The position numbers and the translations under genes were made by a program. Below the pieces are notes generated by a model. It worked only from the letters and a program-made list of their open reading frames with translations, made no database searches and was not told where the DNA came from. From assembly GCA_039811685.1 (NCBI GenBank), contig JBDHZC010000003.1:224001-288000 (forward strand): a DNA stretch of 64,000 bases, written 5' to 3'. Below, in pieces: positions 38,428-49,072 of this stretch. Position 1 is the stretch's first letter, and each line of letters begins with the position of its first letter. The stretch comes from Armatimonadota bacterium. Its GTDB lineage: Bacteria; Armatimonadota; UBA5829; DSUL01.

Positions 38428-39195
38428 TCAGCGCGCCAGCGCCGAGGTCGTCTTTGAGTTGCTCCCAGAGGACTGAATTGCGAGGTCATTCTGTTGTCGC
38501 AGTTTCACGACCCGGATAGTGTGGCCCTCCCACACCTCACTGGCGCTGATTCCGGTCACACTTACAGTGTCGTAAAGCGCAGGAGGTTGGATCGGTTCGT
38601 TGCCGCTGCCGGTTTCCTGGTAGTCGTAGCTGATTCGCACACCATACGGCCCGTACCCATCCAGCAATCGCTCCCCGTCGTCAATGTAGAAAAACCGATT
38701 GAAGTAGTTGATGTGCGTGACGACTCCCCATGTCGCCACGAGTAACCCTTTGTTGTATGGGCCTGTTGGCTTTGGAAGGTTCACGCCAGGCATTTCAAGA
38801 CTCTGTAGCGTTCTGGCATTTCCACCGAGGCTGCTGGCCCGCATGGTGAGGGGGCGCGGCAGGTCAGATGCAGGCGCTGGCGTGACCGGCGAGTTATAGA
38901 GTTGCAGATACGTCTCATCGGTGGCAGGGTCAACGCTCAGCAGCCCCTCGAGTTGGACGCGATCTCCGCGCCTGACACCGGCCGGATAGGAGTCTGCAGA
39001 GCGAACCTGAAGACCGAGTGTCCGCTCTGTGTTCTGAGCATAGAACACACCGTAGCGAAAATCCTGAAGCTCTGAATTGCTATCCGACGTGACTGTCATA
39101 TCGCCCAGCCTCACGAACACCTGGGGCGCAGCTTCGGCGAAGCCGCTGGGCGCCAACCAAAGAGTCAGAATGAGGGTGTAACACAGGTAACGCAT
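38428..39195 (-). CDS. Exported protein made only of the GLLVxxWG/FYIDDG domain
   Basis: Signal peptide; GLLVATWGVVT, FFYIDDG, VSVTGIS; similar to the C-terminus of 34839-36266. Confidence 0.75.
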   Translation of the reverse strand: MRYLCYTLILTLWLAPSGFAEAAPQVFVRLGDMTVTSDSNSELQDFRYGVFYAQNTERTLGLQVRSADSYPAGVRRGDRVQLEGLLSVDPATDETYLQLYNSPVTPAPASDLPRPLTMRASSLGGNARTLQSLEMPGVNLPKPTGPYNKGLLVATWGVVTHINYFNRFFYIDDGERLLDGYGPYGVRISYDYQETGSGNEPIQPPALYDTVSVTGISASEVWEGHTIRVVKLRQQNDLAIQSSGSNSKTTSALAR

Positions 39196-39235
39196 CTGCA
39201 ATCTCAGCGTACTGTCAACCTGCTACCCTGTCAAG

Positions 39236-39267
39236 AAAAAAGAGGGACTGCGCGAGCAGCCCCTCTT
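39236..39267 (-). terminator. Intrinsic terminator of the RCC1-repeat gene
   Basis: AAGAGGGGCTGC-TCGC-GCAGTCCCTCTT plus T run on the minus strand. Confidence 0.8.
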
Positions 39268-39297
39268 CAGTATCACAAAAGCTAAGTTGCCTTTCGC

Positions 39298-41253
39298 TTA
39301 GGAGTGAATGCGGATGTTTCCGAGTTTGAGCTGAGTCGTGCTGTCCGGAGTTGAAGAGTCCGGCTGTCCCATCTGGTTGTCATAAACGACATCTCCAGAA
39401 GCGTTCATGATTTTAATCCGCAGCTTGTCTTTGCCGCCGGCTATGGAGCCGTCAATGCCCGTCAGGAGATAGCTGTACCCCGCGTTACCGTTGAGTTTTC
39501 CACTGCCTTTGATCTGAACGCGCCCGCCCGAGATCACCAGCCATTCCATGTCCGTACTGTTGAAAACAACGCCCAGAGTGACATAGTTGAACGTGCGGTC
39601 ACCACTCGGTGTGGCATTATCGCCGCGGTAGCGCGACGCAAAGACAAACAGCCCCGGGCCGTGCAACCCCGGGCTGGCGACGTAAGCGCCGGCAGGAGAC
39701 GTAATCCACCCGGAACCTGTCACGTAACCTGCTGCAGGGTCGTAGACCACAACATACGCATTGGCAGGCCCGTTTGGAGTCTGCACAGTATCAGTTACGA
39801 TCTGGTTGTTTCCGGAGTCTGAGGCTATGAGTTTGACATCGTAAACGCCGGCCTGCGTAAAGGCATACGTGCCGCTAATATCTCCGGTGTTCTGATCAAC
39901 AGTCGCAGTTGCGCTTGATGATGCGGATGGGCTCTGGAATGACCACAGCGCGGAGACGATGCTCTGGCAACCGCCAGTGGACGTCCCACTCAGGGTCACA
40001 GGGGTGTTGACCTTATACACGGATTCCGGCTGCGGACCTGTGATAGCCACGGTTGGGGCTGCGCCGCCTATCGGGCCTGTCGGCAGGCCGACACCACTCA
40101 GATCCTGCACCTGGGCTGGTACTGGCTCACCGCCGATATACAGATTGTTCAGCGGCGTTACGGTTCCACGCCCAAGCTGGCCGTAGTCGTTGCGTCCCCA
40201 GCCCCAGACAGTGCCATCGTCTTCAACCGCAAGGCTGTGTCCCTGGCCTGCGGCTATGGCAACAACATTAGAGACTCCCGATACGAGAGTGGGAGAACTC
40301 AGTCCATAGGGACCATTTATGTCATAAAATCCGCACTGACCAAAGGCTGTGTGTCCCCACGCATAGACGTTGCCATCCGCCGTGAGAGCCAGGCTGTGCG
40401 CGTTGCCTGCTGCAATCGCAACGACGTTGGAAAGTCCGGGCACTTCAGTTGGCACATTGGAAATGCCGCCCTCAAATCCGCGTCCAAGCTGCCCGCGGTC
40501 GTTCTTGCCCCAGGCTAGCACCTTTCCGTCCGCTGCCAGCGCCAGGCAGTGATCGCCGCCCGCCGCAATGGCAGTAATGTTCGTTGGGCCATTGACGAGC
40601 GTAGGGGATGCTGCGTAGTTGCTGGGCGCCGTTGAGTACCCAAGCTGCCCATATTCATTCAGCCCCCATGTGAAAATCGTCCCGTCGCTGGCAAGCGCGA
40701 TGCTGTGGGAGTTTCCACCACTCACCGAGATAAACGTCGGTTGCGGAATTGTGACCGGATTGGCGGCGTTCGTTGTGCTGCCGTCACCAAGCTGGCCGTA
40801 ATCGTTCAGGCCCCAGCTTTCCAGATTCCCACCAGAGAGCGCAAGCCCAAAGGAGTTTGCGGCGCTCAGCGAGCCCGCGCCCGTGATTCCTATCGCCGTT
40901 GGCAACGAGAGGTTTCCGGAAACCGCTCCATTGCCCAGCGCTCCGTAGGTCTGCGATCCCCACGTTAGCACCTCGCCATTGGACTGGCGCACGCCGGCGC
41001 TGATGCCGTTGCCAGCGGATACGCCGGTCATACCGCATAGCCCCTGCACCTGAGCCGGGACAAGACTGTCAATCAGCGACCCGTTTCCGAGCTGCCCAAA
41101 GTTGTTCTGGCCCCACGCCCAGACAGAACCGTCTGTTTTTAGCGCCAGAGAGTGTGTCGTTCCGGCGCCAATGGGTTTGTAGTCAGTAGCAAATGCCCCG
41201 GGCGCCACTGTTGACAACAGCGCAACGCCCAGGATAGCTGAAATTAGACGCAT
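39298..41253 (-). CDS. Exported RCC1-repeat beta-propeller protein with PKD/Ig-like domain and a conserved C-terminal domain
   Basis: Seven HSLAL..DG.VWAWG.N..GQLG-type repeats; YAFTQAGVYDVKL; C-terminal VYDP..GYVTGSGWI...VYDN...GNIRIH. Confidence 0.9.
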   Translation of the reverse strand: MRLISAILGVALLSTVAPGAFATDYKPIGAGTTHSLALKTDGSVWAWGQNNFGQLGNGSLIDSLVPAQVQGLCGMTGVSAGNGISAGVRQSNGEVLTWGSQTYGALGNGAVSGNLSLPTAIGITGAGSLSAANSFGLALSGGNLESWGLNDYGQLGDGSTTNAANPVTIPQPTFISVSGGNSHSIALASDGTIFTWGLNEYGQLGYSTAPSNYAASPTLVNGPTNITAIAAGGDHCLALAADGKVLAWGKNDRGQLGRGFEGGISNVPTEVPGLSNVVAIAAGNAHSLALTADGNVYAWGHTAFGQCGFYDINGPYGLSSPTLVSGVSNVVAIAAGQGHSLAVEDDGTVWGWGRNDYGQLGRGTVTPLNNLYIGGEPVPAQVQDLSGVGLPTGPIGGAAPTVAITGPQPESVYKVNTPVTLSGTSTGGCQSIVSALWSFQSPSASSSATATVDQNTGDISGTYAFTQAGVYDVKLIASDSGNNQIVTDTVQTPNGPANAYVVVYDPAAGYVTGSGWITSPAGAYVASPGLHGPGLFVFASRYRGDNATPSGDRTFNYVTLGVVFNSTDMEWLVISGGRVQIKGSGKLNGNAGYSYLLTGIDGSIAGGKDKLRIKIMNASGDVVYDNQMGQPDSSTPDSTTQLKLGNIRIHS

Positions 41254-41453
41254 CACCAATCTCCTCTCGAACATACAGTTGCGGGCGAATATGAGGTTGC
41301 TCTCGTTTTTGACAGGCCTCTGCTGGACCTTTTGGCGCTGTTATTCTAACGGTCAGTCAGCCGTTTGTAAAGAGCAGACCGTGAAAACTGAAGCGGCCAC
41401 TCGATCTATAAGCGCAAGAAGAGACGCCTGGACTTCTTACAGATTACACTTCG

Positions 41454-42785
41454 CTAGATGCGGTCATAAGGGCGACGCATCGGACGCGAAAGCATAGCGT
41501 TGGCTTCTTTGTCGCCTTTGAAGACTTCTCTCTTCGGGTCCCATTCCAGCTTTCGTCCACCCAGTCTCAGCGAGATATTCCCAAGGTGGCAGACACTCAC
41601 GCTGCGATGTCCGATCTCTGCGTCACAGATGGGCTGGCGGTCACGTTTGCGGATGCAGTCCAGCCAGTTGCCGGTGTGGTCATCAGAGAAGTAAAGCCGT
41701 TCGGCATTTTCTGGTAGGGGTTCGTCCAGGAGTTTCTGATCACTGGCCTTCAGCACACCGCGGCTGACAAATATCCAGCCGTCTTCTCCCTGAAAGTGCA
41801 CACCGTTCTGGCCTTTGTTGGTCGTGCGCAGGGTGATACCGTCCTCATAGGTGTGCAATACGTCGAACTCTGGAAAAGTGCTGTAGCACTCACTGCAGAT
41901 AGTCGGACCTTTGCCCATTGCTTGCGTGCTGACCGGACCAGATCTGTCCCGTCCAAGCCCCCACTGCGCGATGTCATTGTGGTGAGCTCCCCAGTCCGTC
42001 ATCATGCCCCCTGAGTATTCCAGCCACCAGCGAAAGCTTCCATGTGTGCGCTCTTTGACGTACTGCGTTTCAGGCGCAGGCCCCAGCCACATATCCCAGT
42101 CCAGATCACTCGGAATGGGCGTGGGCTCAAAGGGTCCTCCTTCCGGCCCGGTTGGAAGATGAGCCTCTGCATACTGGATCTTGCCGATCCGTCCATTGCG
42201 TACAAGCTCGCACGCCAGCCTGAACTTCGCGTCCGAGCGCTGCTGGCTACCGGTCTGAAAAATCGCTCCAGTCTCTTTCCACACTCTGACAATCTTCTTT
42301 CCTTCGTCGATTGTCAGCGTCAGAGGCTTTTCGCAGTAAACGTCCTTTCCGGCTTTCATTGCGGCGATGGCTATGTTGGTGTGCCAGTGGTCTGGCGTGC
42401 CGATAACGACAGCGTCCAGATCCTCGCGCGCCAGCAGATCGCGGTAGTCTTTATAGGATTTGCAGTCTTTTCCGAAGGCAGCGAGCGCCTCCGCCAGATG
42501 GGTCGCATCAACGTCGCAGGCTCCGATCACCTTTACGCCTGGATGTCCGGCGGCGGCCTGCGTGTCGTGCAATCCCTGTTTGAAGCCACCTTTGCTTCCC
42601 CCTGCGCCAATGACTGCGATGTTGATCTGGTCGTTCGGGCCGAATTTCCGGCTGGTAGTGCGCGACACCGCGCTTTTTGCGGCTGCCTCTTCCACAAACC
42701 ATTTTGGCAATCCGGTAGCGGCAATGGCGGCTGCTGATCCCATCACGAAACTGCGTCGAGAGATAGTTGTTTTCTTATCCTTCAA
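41454..42785 (-). CDS. Tat-exported Gfo/Idh/MocA oxidoreductase
   Basis: SRRSFV; GTPDHWH, DVYCEKP, DWDMWLGPAP, DWGAHH; TTG start after GGGAGG. Confidence 0.93.
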   Translation of the reverse strand: MKDKKTTISRRSFVMGSAAAIAATGLPKWFVEEAAAKSAVSRTTSRKFGPNDQINIAVIGAGGSKGGFKQGLHDTQAAAGHPGVKVIGACDVDATHLAEALAAFGKDCKSYKDYRDLLAREDLDAVVIGTPDHWHTNIAIAAMKAGKDVYCEKPLTLTIDEGKKIVRVWKETGAIFQTGSQQRSDAKFRLACELVRNGRIGKIQYAEAHLPTGPEGGPFEPTPIPSDLDWDMWLGPAPETQYVKERTHGSFRWWLEYSGGMMTDWGAHHNDIAQWGLGRDRSGPVSTQAMGKGPTICSECYSTFPEFDVLHTYEDGITLRTTNKGQNGVHFQGEDGWIFVSRGVLKASDQKLLDEPLPENAERLYFSDDHTGNWLDCIRKRDRQPICDAEIGHRSVSVCHLGNISLRLGGRKLEWDPKREVFKGDKEANAMLSRPMRRPYDRI

Positions 42786-42999
42786 TGGAGCCTCCCAAGA
42801 GTGGACTACGCAGGCTTGTTCTGCGGCTGGAGCCGCTTGTCCTGCGGTTCGCGTGTCGATTGCCCTGCGCGTAGTGAGCTTTTGCCTGTAGAAGCAGATA
42901 CGCCGGCAAGAGAGCTTGATAGAAGTCTTTGTAAGTTCGCGTGCGTCTCTGTATATAGGCATACCTGCTCACTGTGATGTACAATACGCGCTGACGAGC

Positions 43000-44811
43000 A
43001 TGCCAAACGCCCATTCTCAAGATCACATCCGCAATTTCTGCATCATCGCGCACATTGACCACGGCAAGTCCACTCTGGCTGATCGTATCCTGGAACTCAC
43101 CCAGTCAGTAAACGAACGCGAAAAGCGCGATCAGATGCTGGATACGATGGACCTTGAACGTGAGCGCGGAATTACTATCAAGATGACAGCCGTCCGGCTG
43201 GCTTACACGGCGGATGACGGAGAGACGTATCGACTCAATCTCATAGACACTCCAGGGCATGTGGACTTCAGCTACGAAGTATCCCGCAGTCTCACGGCGT
43301 GCGAAGGTGCGCTGCTTGTCGTGGACGCGGCACAGGGAGTGGAAGCCCAGACGCTGGCGAACGTCAATCTGGCCATGTCTGCGGGACTGGAGATTATCCC
43401 TGTCATCAACAAGATTGACATGCCCGCAGCAGATCCAGAGCGTGTGAAAGAGGAGTTGGAGAACGTGCTTGCGATTGATTCCTCAGACGCGGTTTTGGCT
43501 AGCGCGCGGGAAGGGATAGGAGTTCACGACATTCTTGAGCACATCGTGCATCTTATTCCACCGCCTTCCGGCAACTCCGAAGCGCCCTTGCGTGCTCTGA
43601 TTTTTGATTCCCACTTCGATCAATATCTTGGCGTTGTGGCTTACGTCCGTATTGTCGATGGGCGTTTGGAGCCTGGCGAGCGCATTCGCATGATGTCCAG
43701 TGGCCGGGTCTTTGAGGTCAACGGGGTGGGGGTTTTCCGTCCCGCTATGCAACAGACGGACTCGCTGGCCTCCGGCGAGGTTGGTTATATTATCGCCTCT
43801 ATGAAGCAGGTGGACGATGCGCGCGTTGGAGACACTATTACCACCGCTTCGGGAGGCGCATCTGAACCTCTCCCTGGCTACAAGCGCGCCAAACCGATGG
43901 TCTCCTGTGGCCTGTACCCGTTGGACTCTGAGGACTACCCTGACTTCCGGGAAGCGCTGGAGAAGCTGCAGCTCAATGACGCGTCGCTAAGCTGGGAGCC
44001 GGAGACCTCCGCTGCTCTCGGATTCGGCTTCCGCTGCGGGTTTCTGGGGCTGCTCCACATGGATATTGTTCAGGAGCGGCTGGAGCGGGAGTTTGGCCTG
44101 GGCATCATCGCCACTGCGCCCGGCGTTGTGTACCGTGTGTACAAGACTGACGGGCAGATGGTGGAAGTGGACAACCCGTCCAAACTGCCCGCAGTGACAC
44201 AGATTGAACACATAGAAGAACCTGTTGTGGACGCGACGGTAATTGTTCCTTCAGATTATCTCGGAGGGGTGCTGGACCTGTGCCAGGACCGGCGCGGTGA
44301 GTTCCAGCATATGGAGTACTCCGGAACAACGCGCGTCATCGTGAGGTACAAGCTTCCGCTTGCAGAAATCCTTATGGATTTCTACGATCAGCTCAAAAGC
44401 CGCACGAAGGGCTATGCGTCGTTTGACTACGAGGTCGCCGGTTATCAGGAGTCCCAGGTTGTCAAACTGGATATTCTCCTGAACGGCTCACCTGTCGATG
44501 CGCTGTCCTTCATCACGCACCGCGATCGAGCCTACCAGCGAGGCAAACTGATGGTAGAGCGCCTCAAGGATATCCTGCCTCGCCAGCTTTTTGAGATACG
44601 CATTCAGGCGGCTATCGGGCACAAGGTCATCGCTGCTGAATCCGTGCGCGCTCTGCGCAAAAACGTCACGGCCAAGTGCTATGGTGGAGATATCACGCGC
44701 AAGCGCAAGCTCCTGGAAAAACAGCGTGAAGGCAAGAAGCGTATGAAGTCGATTGGGTCGGTCGAAGTTCCGCAGGAAGCGTTTCTCAGCGTTCTGAAGC
44801 TCGGAGACTGA
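43000..44811 (+). CDS. lepA: Elongation factor 4
   Basis: [45 protein letters not shown]. Confidence 0.98.
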   Translation: MPNAHSQDHIRNFCIIAHIDHGKSTLADRILELTQSVNEREKRDQMLDTMDLERERGITIKMTAVRLAYTADDGETYRLNLIDTPGHVDFSYEVSRSLTACEGALLVVDAAQGVEAQTLANVNLAMSAGLEIIPVINKIDMPAADPERVKEELENVLAIDSSDAVLASAREGIGVHDILEHIVHLIPPPSGNSEAPLRALIFDSHFDQYLGVVAYVRIVDGRLEPGERIRMMSSGRVFEVNGVGVFRPAMQQTDSLASGEVGYIIASMKQVDDARVGDTITTASGGASEPLPGYKRAKPMVSCGLYPLDSEDYPDFREALEKLQLNDASLSWEPETSAALGFGFRCGFLGLLHMDIVQERLEREFGLGIIATAPGVVYRVYKTDGQMVEVDNPSKLPAVTQIEHIEEPVVDATVIVPSDYLGGVLDLCQDRRGEFQHMEYSGTTRVIVRYKLPLAEILMDFYDQLKSRTKGYASFDYEVAGYQESQVVKLDILLNGSPVDALSFITHRDRAYQRGKLMVERLKDILPRQLFEIRIQAAIGHKVIAAESVRALRKNVTAKCYGGDITRKRKLLEKQREGKKRMKSIGSVEVPQEAFLSVLKLGD

Positions 44812-44950
44812 TCATTCACTGATCGAGCTTTTCGTCTGCTGGCTCGCTAATCACTGTTTTTCAGAACGAACTCTGTCGATCAACGTCGTCTACAGATCGG
44901 ACGTTGCACTCTCGCAGAGAGCGTGGAATGACGAAGGACTCCCACATACA

Positions 44951-45442
44951 TCACGCCGCTTCCTGTGCTTGAGAGCTGTTGATGAGAGAAACAGCGTGTT
45001 TGAGCGCTGGCAGGATGACCTGCATAGCCTCACGCGCAAAGCGCGGATTTCCCTGAACACTGACGACAAGTGTCTGGTTTCGAATACCTGCGACTCCTCT
45101 GCTTAGCATGGCTCGCGGACTATTCTGAAGCGCCGCCAGACGAATGGCTTCCGGAATTCCCGGAATCAGAGTATCGAGAAGCGGGGTCACAGCTTCCGGG
45201 GTGACGTCGATTGGAGCCACGCCTGTTCCTCCCGTCGTCACGACAAGCTGGATATTCGAGTCCGGCTTGCACCACTTCTCCAGGATCGTCTGGATCAGCG
45301 CCTTGTCCTCCTCAAGCACCATGTGTTCCTGTACGGCAAAAGTGTCCTTGGGCAGACAGTCGCGGATGGCCGATCCGCTCACATCCAGAGCTTTGCCGGT
45401 AGCAGCGGCGGAGTTGACTGCCAGTATTGCGACGTTAATCAT
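44951..45442 (-). CDS. mog: MogA/MoaB-family molybdenum cofactor biosynthesis protein
   Basis: TTGGTGVAPIDVTPEA, AMLSRGVAGIR. Confidence 0.85.
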   Translation of the reverse strand: MINVAILAVNSAAATGKALDVSGSAIRDCLPKDTFAVQEHMVLEEDKALIQTILEKWCKPDSNIQLVVTTGGTGVAPIDVTPEAVTPLLDTLIPGIPEAIRLAALQNSPRAMLSRGVAGIRNQTLVVSVQGNPRFAREAMQVILPALKHAVSLINSSQAQEAA

Positions 45443-45532
45443 GTTACAGACTCCCGGGCAGTGAAAACGCTCATCACTCTGCTGTTTTTCCACGAATGCA
45501 GGCAGTTACCTCAGCCATTCTGACCTCAATAG

Positions 45533-45564
45533 AAAAAGCCCCCGGACTCAGCGAATCCGGGGGC
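45533..45564 (-). terminator. Intrinsic terminator of hppA
   Basis: GCCCCCGGA..TCCGGGGGC plus TTTTT on the minus strand. Confidence 0.85.
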
Positions 45565-45591
45565 AGATATCAGACGAAACCTGCGATGTTC

Positions 45592-48027
45592 TCAGGTTGT
45601 GGATGTTACTTCTTCCATCTCAGGAGTTGTGCTGGCCGTTGTATCCACGTCCAGACTTCCGCGCTTGCTCCAGAGCGTCGCTCCTGTCAGAGCGCCAATG
45701 GCTATGATAGCGATGATCGCCCGCGTAGCTGCGGACATATCTGACAGGACGATAGGCGCCAGCAGTAGAGCGACAAGGTTCATAACCTTGATCAACGGGT
45801 TCAGAGCCGGACCGGCCGTATCTTTGAACGGGTCGCCGACTGTATCTCCGACCACCGTCGCCTTGTGCTCTTCCGTGCCCTTTCCGCCGAACATGCCGTC
45901 TTCAACTTTCTTCTTGGCGTTGTCCCAAAGACCGCCCGTGTTGGACAGCATCACTGCCATAAGCTGGCCTGAGAGAATGGCGCCGGCAAGGAAGCCACCA
46001 AGAGCTTCAAAACCGCCCTGGGGATCTGCGGAGATGAGGCTCAGGCCGAACGCAACCAGAATGGGTGCGCTAACGGCCAGAACAGCCGGACTCAACAACT
46101 CTTTCTGAGCTGCAGCGGTTGAAATAGCCACACATCTCTGGTAGTCTGGCTTGCCAACGTCAGACCCGCTCCGGGGATCGTAATCCATAATCCCTTTGAT
46201 CTCCCGGAACTGCCTTCGCACCTCTTCAACAAGCATGAACGCTGCGCGGCTGACCGCGTTGATAGCAAATGAGCTGAACAGGAACGGAACACTGCCACCG
46301 ATAAGCAACCCGATAAAGACGTTAGGCTTGTTGACTTCAATCGCACTCAGGCCAGTGTCCGCCATGAAGCTGCTGAACAACGCCGTCGCGGCAATGACCG
46401 CTGTGGCAATCGCCAGCCCCTTGGTCAGAGCCTTCGTCGTATTGCCCACAGCGTCCAGTTTGGCGACAATTTTGTGCGCGTCTGGATTGGTCCCCGGGTC
46501 CTTCAAGACGCCGGACATCTCAAAGATGCCGTTTGCATTGTCTGAAATGGGACCGTACGTATCCATCGCGAGCATAAAGCCCGTAGTCGCCAGCAGGCCC
46601 AGGCCCGACAGAGCCACGCCGTAAAACGCCAGTTCTGTGCTTCCGGCAAACAGCAGGAACGACGAACCGATGGCGCCGCAGATAGCAACGACAGACCAGA
46701 CTGAAGACTCCATTCCTGCGCCGAAGCCGCTGAGAATAACGGTCGCAGGCCCACTCTTGGCGGACTTCGCGCACTCAGTCACAGGCTTCTTGTCAGTCGC
46801 TGTGAAGTACTCAGTCAGCTTCTCAATCACCAGAGCCAGCACGACTCCAGTGAGGTTGGCAACCGCGAACTTCCACCATTCGACCGGAGTCCCATTGACA
46901 CTGATCGGGTGCAACTCTTCAAAGACGTACCACGAGACTGCGAAGAAGCCCAGGATGGCCAGTATTCCGGAAATCCAGAATCCGACGTTGATTGGCTTCA
47001 TCGGGTCCATACTCAGGTCGTCTTTGCCCACGACGCTGTAGATGCCAATAATTGACGCAAACACGCCGACAGCTCTAATGAGCAGCGGGTACATAACCAG
47101 CGCAAGCACCGCCTGGCCCCCGCCGACCGCCGCCGAGGCTGCTGCGCCGAGAATAATAGCGGCAACCAGAGTCACTTCATAAGACTCAAAAACGTCAGCA
47201 GCCATACCTGCGCAGTCACCGACGTTGTCACCTACGTTGTCCGCGATAGTTGCGGCGTTGCGTGGATCGTCCTCAGGGATATTCTTCTCTACCTTGCCGA
47301 CGAGATCTGCGCCTACGTCTGCAGCCTTAGTGTAGATTCCGCCGCCAATCCTCATAAACAGAGCCGCCAGACAACCTCCGAAGCCGAAGCCTACCAGCAC
47401 CTTCATAGACTGGTTGCCGAACAGGAAGAATACAATGCAGGCGCCCATCAGTCCGAGTCCAACTGTCGCCATCCCCGACACCGAACCGGAGCGAAACGCG
47501 ACGTACAGCGCTTTCTTGTAGCTTGTGAGTGCAGCGTTGGCGACCCGGCAGTTGGCCTGGACTGCCATCATCATCCCGACTAACCCTGCAATGTAAGACG
47601 CCGCAACTCCCATCACAAACGCAATGGCGACACCTATATACAGCGGTATAGCCGTGCCTTCTATGTTGTAGGCAGGATTGTCTTTGTACAGAAATATCAG
47701 GCCAAGAGCGATGATGATCACAAACCAGATCATCGTCGCCATCTGCTTCTTCAGGTAGGCCCATGCGCCTTCCTGAACTGCCTTCGAAACCTCCACCATG
47801 CCTTTACTGCCCGGATCCTCACGAAGGATCGCGAGGTACCACACGCCTCCGAAGATCAGGCCGATGATAGCGCTGATAAAGACGACCCAGATAGCCGTCA
47901 TCATTATCGGAAGCTCTGAAAAGGCAGGAAGCTCGATCGCTTCAGCCGCATGGGCGGGCGAAGCTAAAGCAAGCCCCAGGGTTGCCAAAGGGGCCGCTGC
48001 CAACCACGTTCTAGAACGTCTCAGCAA
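45592..48027 (-). CDS. hppA: Membrane-bound ion-translocating pyrophosphatase, K+-independent signature
   Basis: GGGIYTKAADVGADLVGKVE, DNVGDNVGD, GNTTKALTKG, GDTVGDPFKDTAGP. Confidence 0.96.
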   Translation of the reverse strand: MLRRSRTWLAAAPLATLGLALASPAHAAEAIELPAFSELPIMMTAIWVVFISAIIGLIFGGVWYLAILREDPGSKGMVEVSKAVQEGAWAYLKKQMATMIWFVIIIALGLIFLYKDNPAYNIEGTAIPLYIGVAIAFVMGVAASYIAGLVGMMMAVQANCRVANAALTSYKKALYVAFRSGSVSGMATVGLGLMGACIVFFLFGNQSMKVLVGFGFGGCLAALFMRIGGGIYTKAADVGADLVGKVEKNIPEDDPRNAATIADNVGDNVGDCAGMAADVFESYEVTLVAAIILGAAASAAVGGGQAVLALVMYPLLIRAVGVFASIIGIYSVVGKDDLSMDPMKPINVGFWISGILAILGFFAVSWYVFEELHPISVNGTPVEWWKFAVANLTGVVLALVIEKLTEYFTATDKKPVTECAKSAKSGPATVILSGFGAGMESSVWSVVAICGAIGSSFLLFAGSTELAFYGVALSGLGLLATTGFMLAMDTYGPISDNANGIFEMSGVLKDPGTNPDAHKIVAKLDAVGNTTKALTKGLAIATAVIAATALFSSFMADTGLSAIEVNKPNVFIGLLIGGSVPFLFSSFAINAVSRAAFMLVEEVRRQFREIKGIMDYDPRSGSDVGKPDYQRCVAISTAAAQKELLSPAVLAVSAPILVAFGLSLISADPQGGFEALGGFLAGAILSGQLMAVMLSNTGGLWDNAKKKVEDGMFGGKGTEEHKATVVGDTVGDPFKDTAGPALNPLIKVMNLVALLLAPIVLSDMSAATRAIIAIIAIGALTGATLWSKRGSLDVDTTASTTPEMEEVTSTT

Positions 48028-48237
48028 TGCTTGAGTCCTCTCATTGATAGCCCGTCAGCGTACAAGCTCGTCCTCGACTGCGCAGTTCGTCTTTGAGAGA
48101 ATAGCTGAAGGGGCCTGTCATTTAGATTAGGCGGGTTGCGTCGGCGCACGTCCGCCAGACGCGCACGGTATCCGGATACGACGCGCCGGCAACGGCTGCG
48201 CGCGTCCGAAGCACCGGCGCTGGCAATAAGCCGCCGT

Positions 48238-48267
48238 ATTATAAGGATTTTGGCGGCCTCGAGTCAA
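48238..48267 (-). promoter_or_regulatory. sigma70-type promoter of hppA
   Basis: TTGACT-N18-TATAAT on the minus strand. Confidence 0.7.
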
Positions 48268-48495
48268 GACGATTTGCAGGCTTCTTATCGTGATTCTGCG
48301 CTCTGGAATTGGCCAGGAACTGCCAATTGAGCGTGCGCGCGTCACAATAGCGGCTTTTGGTGTCAGTTGCGCAGTACGAATAATCTGACGCGGTGGTTCA
48401 AAAGTACTGCGACACTTGTCCTTTGTCTCAGGCGTCTTACAGGACGGTAGAACCTATACCCCCCAGTCGCCACCGGTCTGAATGACACAAGCGCG

Positions 48496-48525
48496 AAAAG
48501 GCCCGAAAGCAAACGCTTCCGGGCC
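48496..48525 (-). terminator. Terminator of the minor-pilin operon
   Basis: GGCCCGGAAGC-GTTT-GCTTTCGGGCC plus TTTT. Confidence 0.75.
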
Positions 48526-48556
48526 CGGCAACATTTCCTGCTGTAGTCGCTGCGTA

Positions 48557-49072
48557 TCAGTCTATGATGTACTGATTGTGATCGCCTCCATAGCTGCGGA
48601 CACTCTCGTCCGCCTCAGCCGTTCTTGCGTCTTGCTCGTCGTGCTCAGCCTGTGTCCGGGCCAGCATCTTGGTCACTGCCCGTCCGCCGCCTAACGTGAC
48701 GATCCCCGTAACTCCTGCGATCATCAGAATCACTCCTCGTGTTCGTTTTCCAGTGTCCTGAATGGGCGTTTGCTGACGTCCGGCGGTCTCGCCACGCTCG
48801 TGTGCCGCGAAGGCGTTGGCGAAGCTCTGTGCCGTGCCTGTTGCTGCCGGAGCAGGTTTGTTGTAGGCAGCCTGATCAGTTGTAGCGGGAGCGTTTGCCC
48901 CATAGACTTGCGGGGCGTCTGCCTGCTCTGCTTCTCGGCGCTGTTCCTTCTCCTGTGGAGTCTGCTGATGGAACTCGGGATCCACCGGAAGCGGCAAATT
49001 GATAGCCGCTCGGACGGCAGTGGCGCTTAGCAGGACGCCCACTGCAATGGCAGGTGCAAGAAACTTGGTCAT
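48557..49072 (-). CDS. Hypothetical protein with signal peptide, low-complexity linker and single TM
   Basis: ATGA overlap with the upstream pilX-like stop; SD GGAGG; hydropathy pattern. Confidence 0.7.
   Translation of the reverse strand: MTKFLAPAIAVGVLLSATAVRAAINLPLPVDPEFHQQTPQEKEQRREAEQADAPQVYGANAPATTDQAAYNKPAPAATGTAQSFANAFAAHERGETAGRQQTPIQDTGKRTRGVILMIAGVTGIVTLGGGRAVTKMLARTQAEHDEQDARTAEADESVRSYGGDHNQYIID

Noticed and set aside
40150..41170. Recurring nucleotide motifs as a possible CRISPR or repeat array
   Set aside because: They are the coding RCC1 repeats (WG.N..GQLG) of an intact ORF
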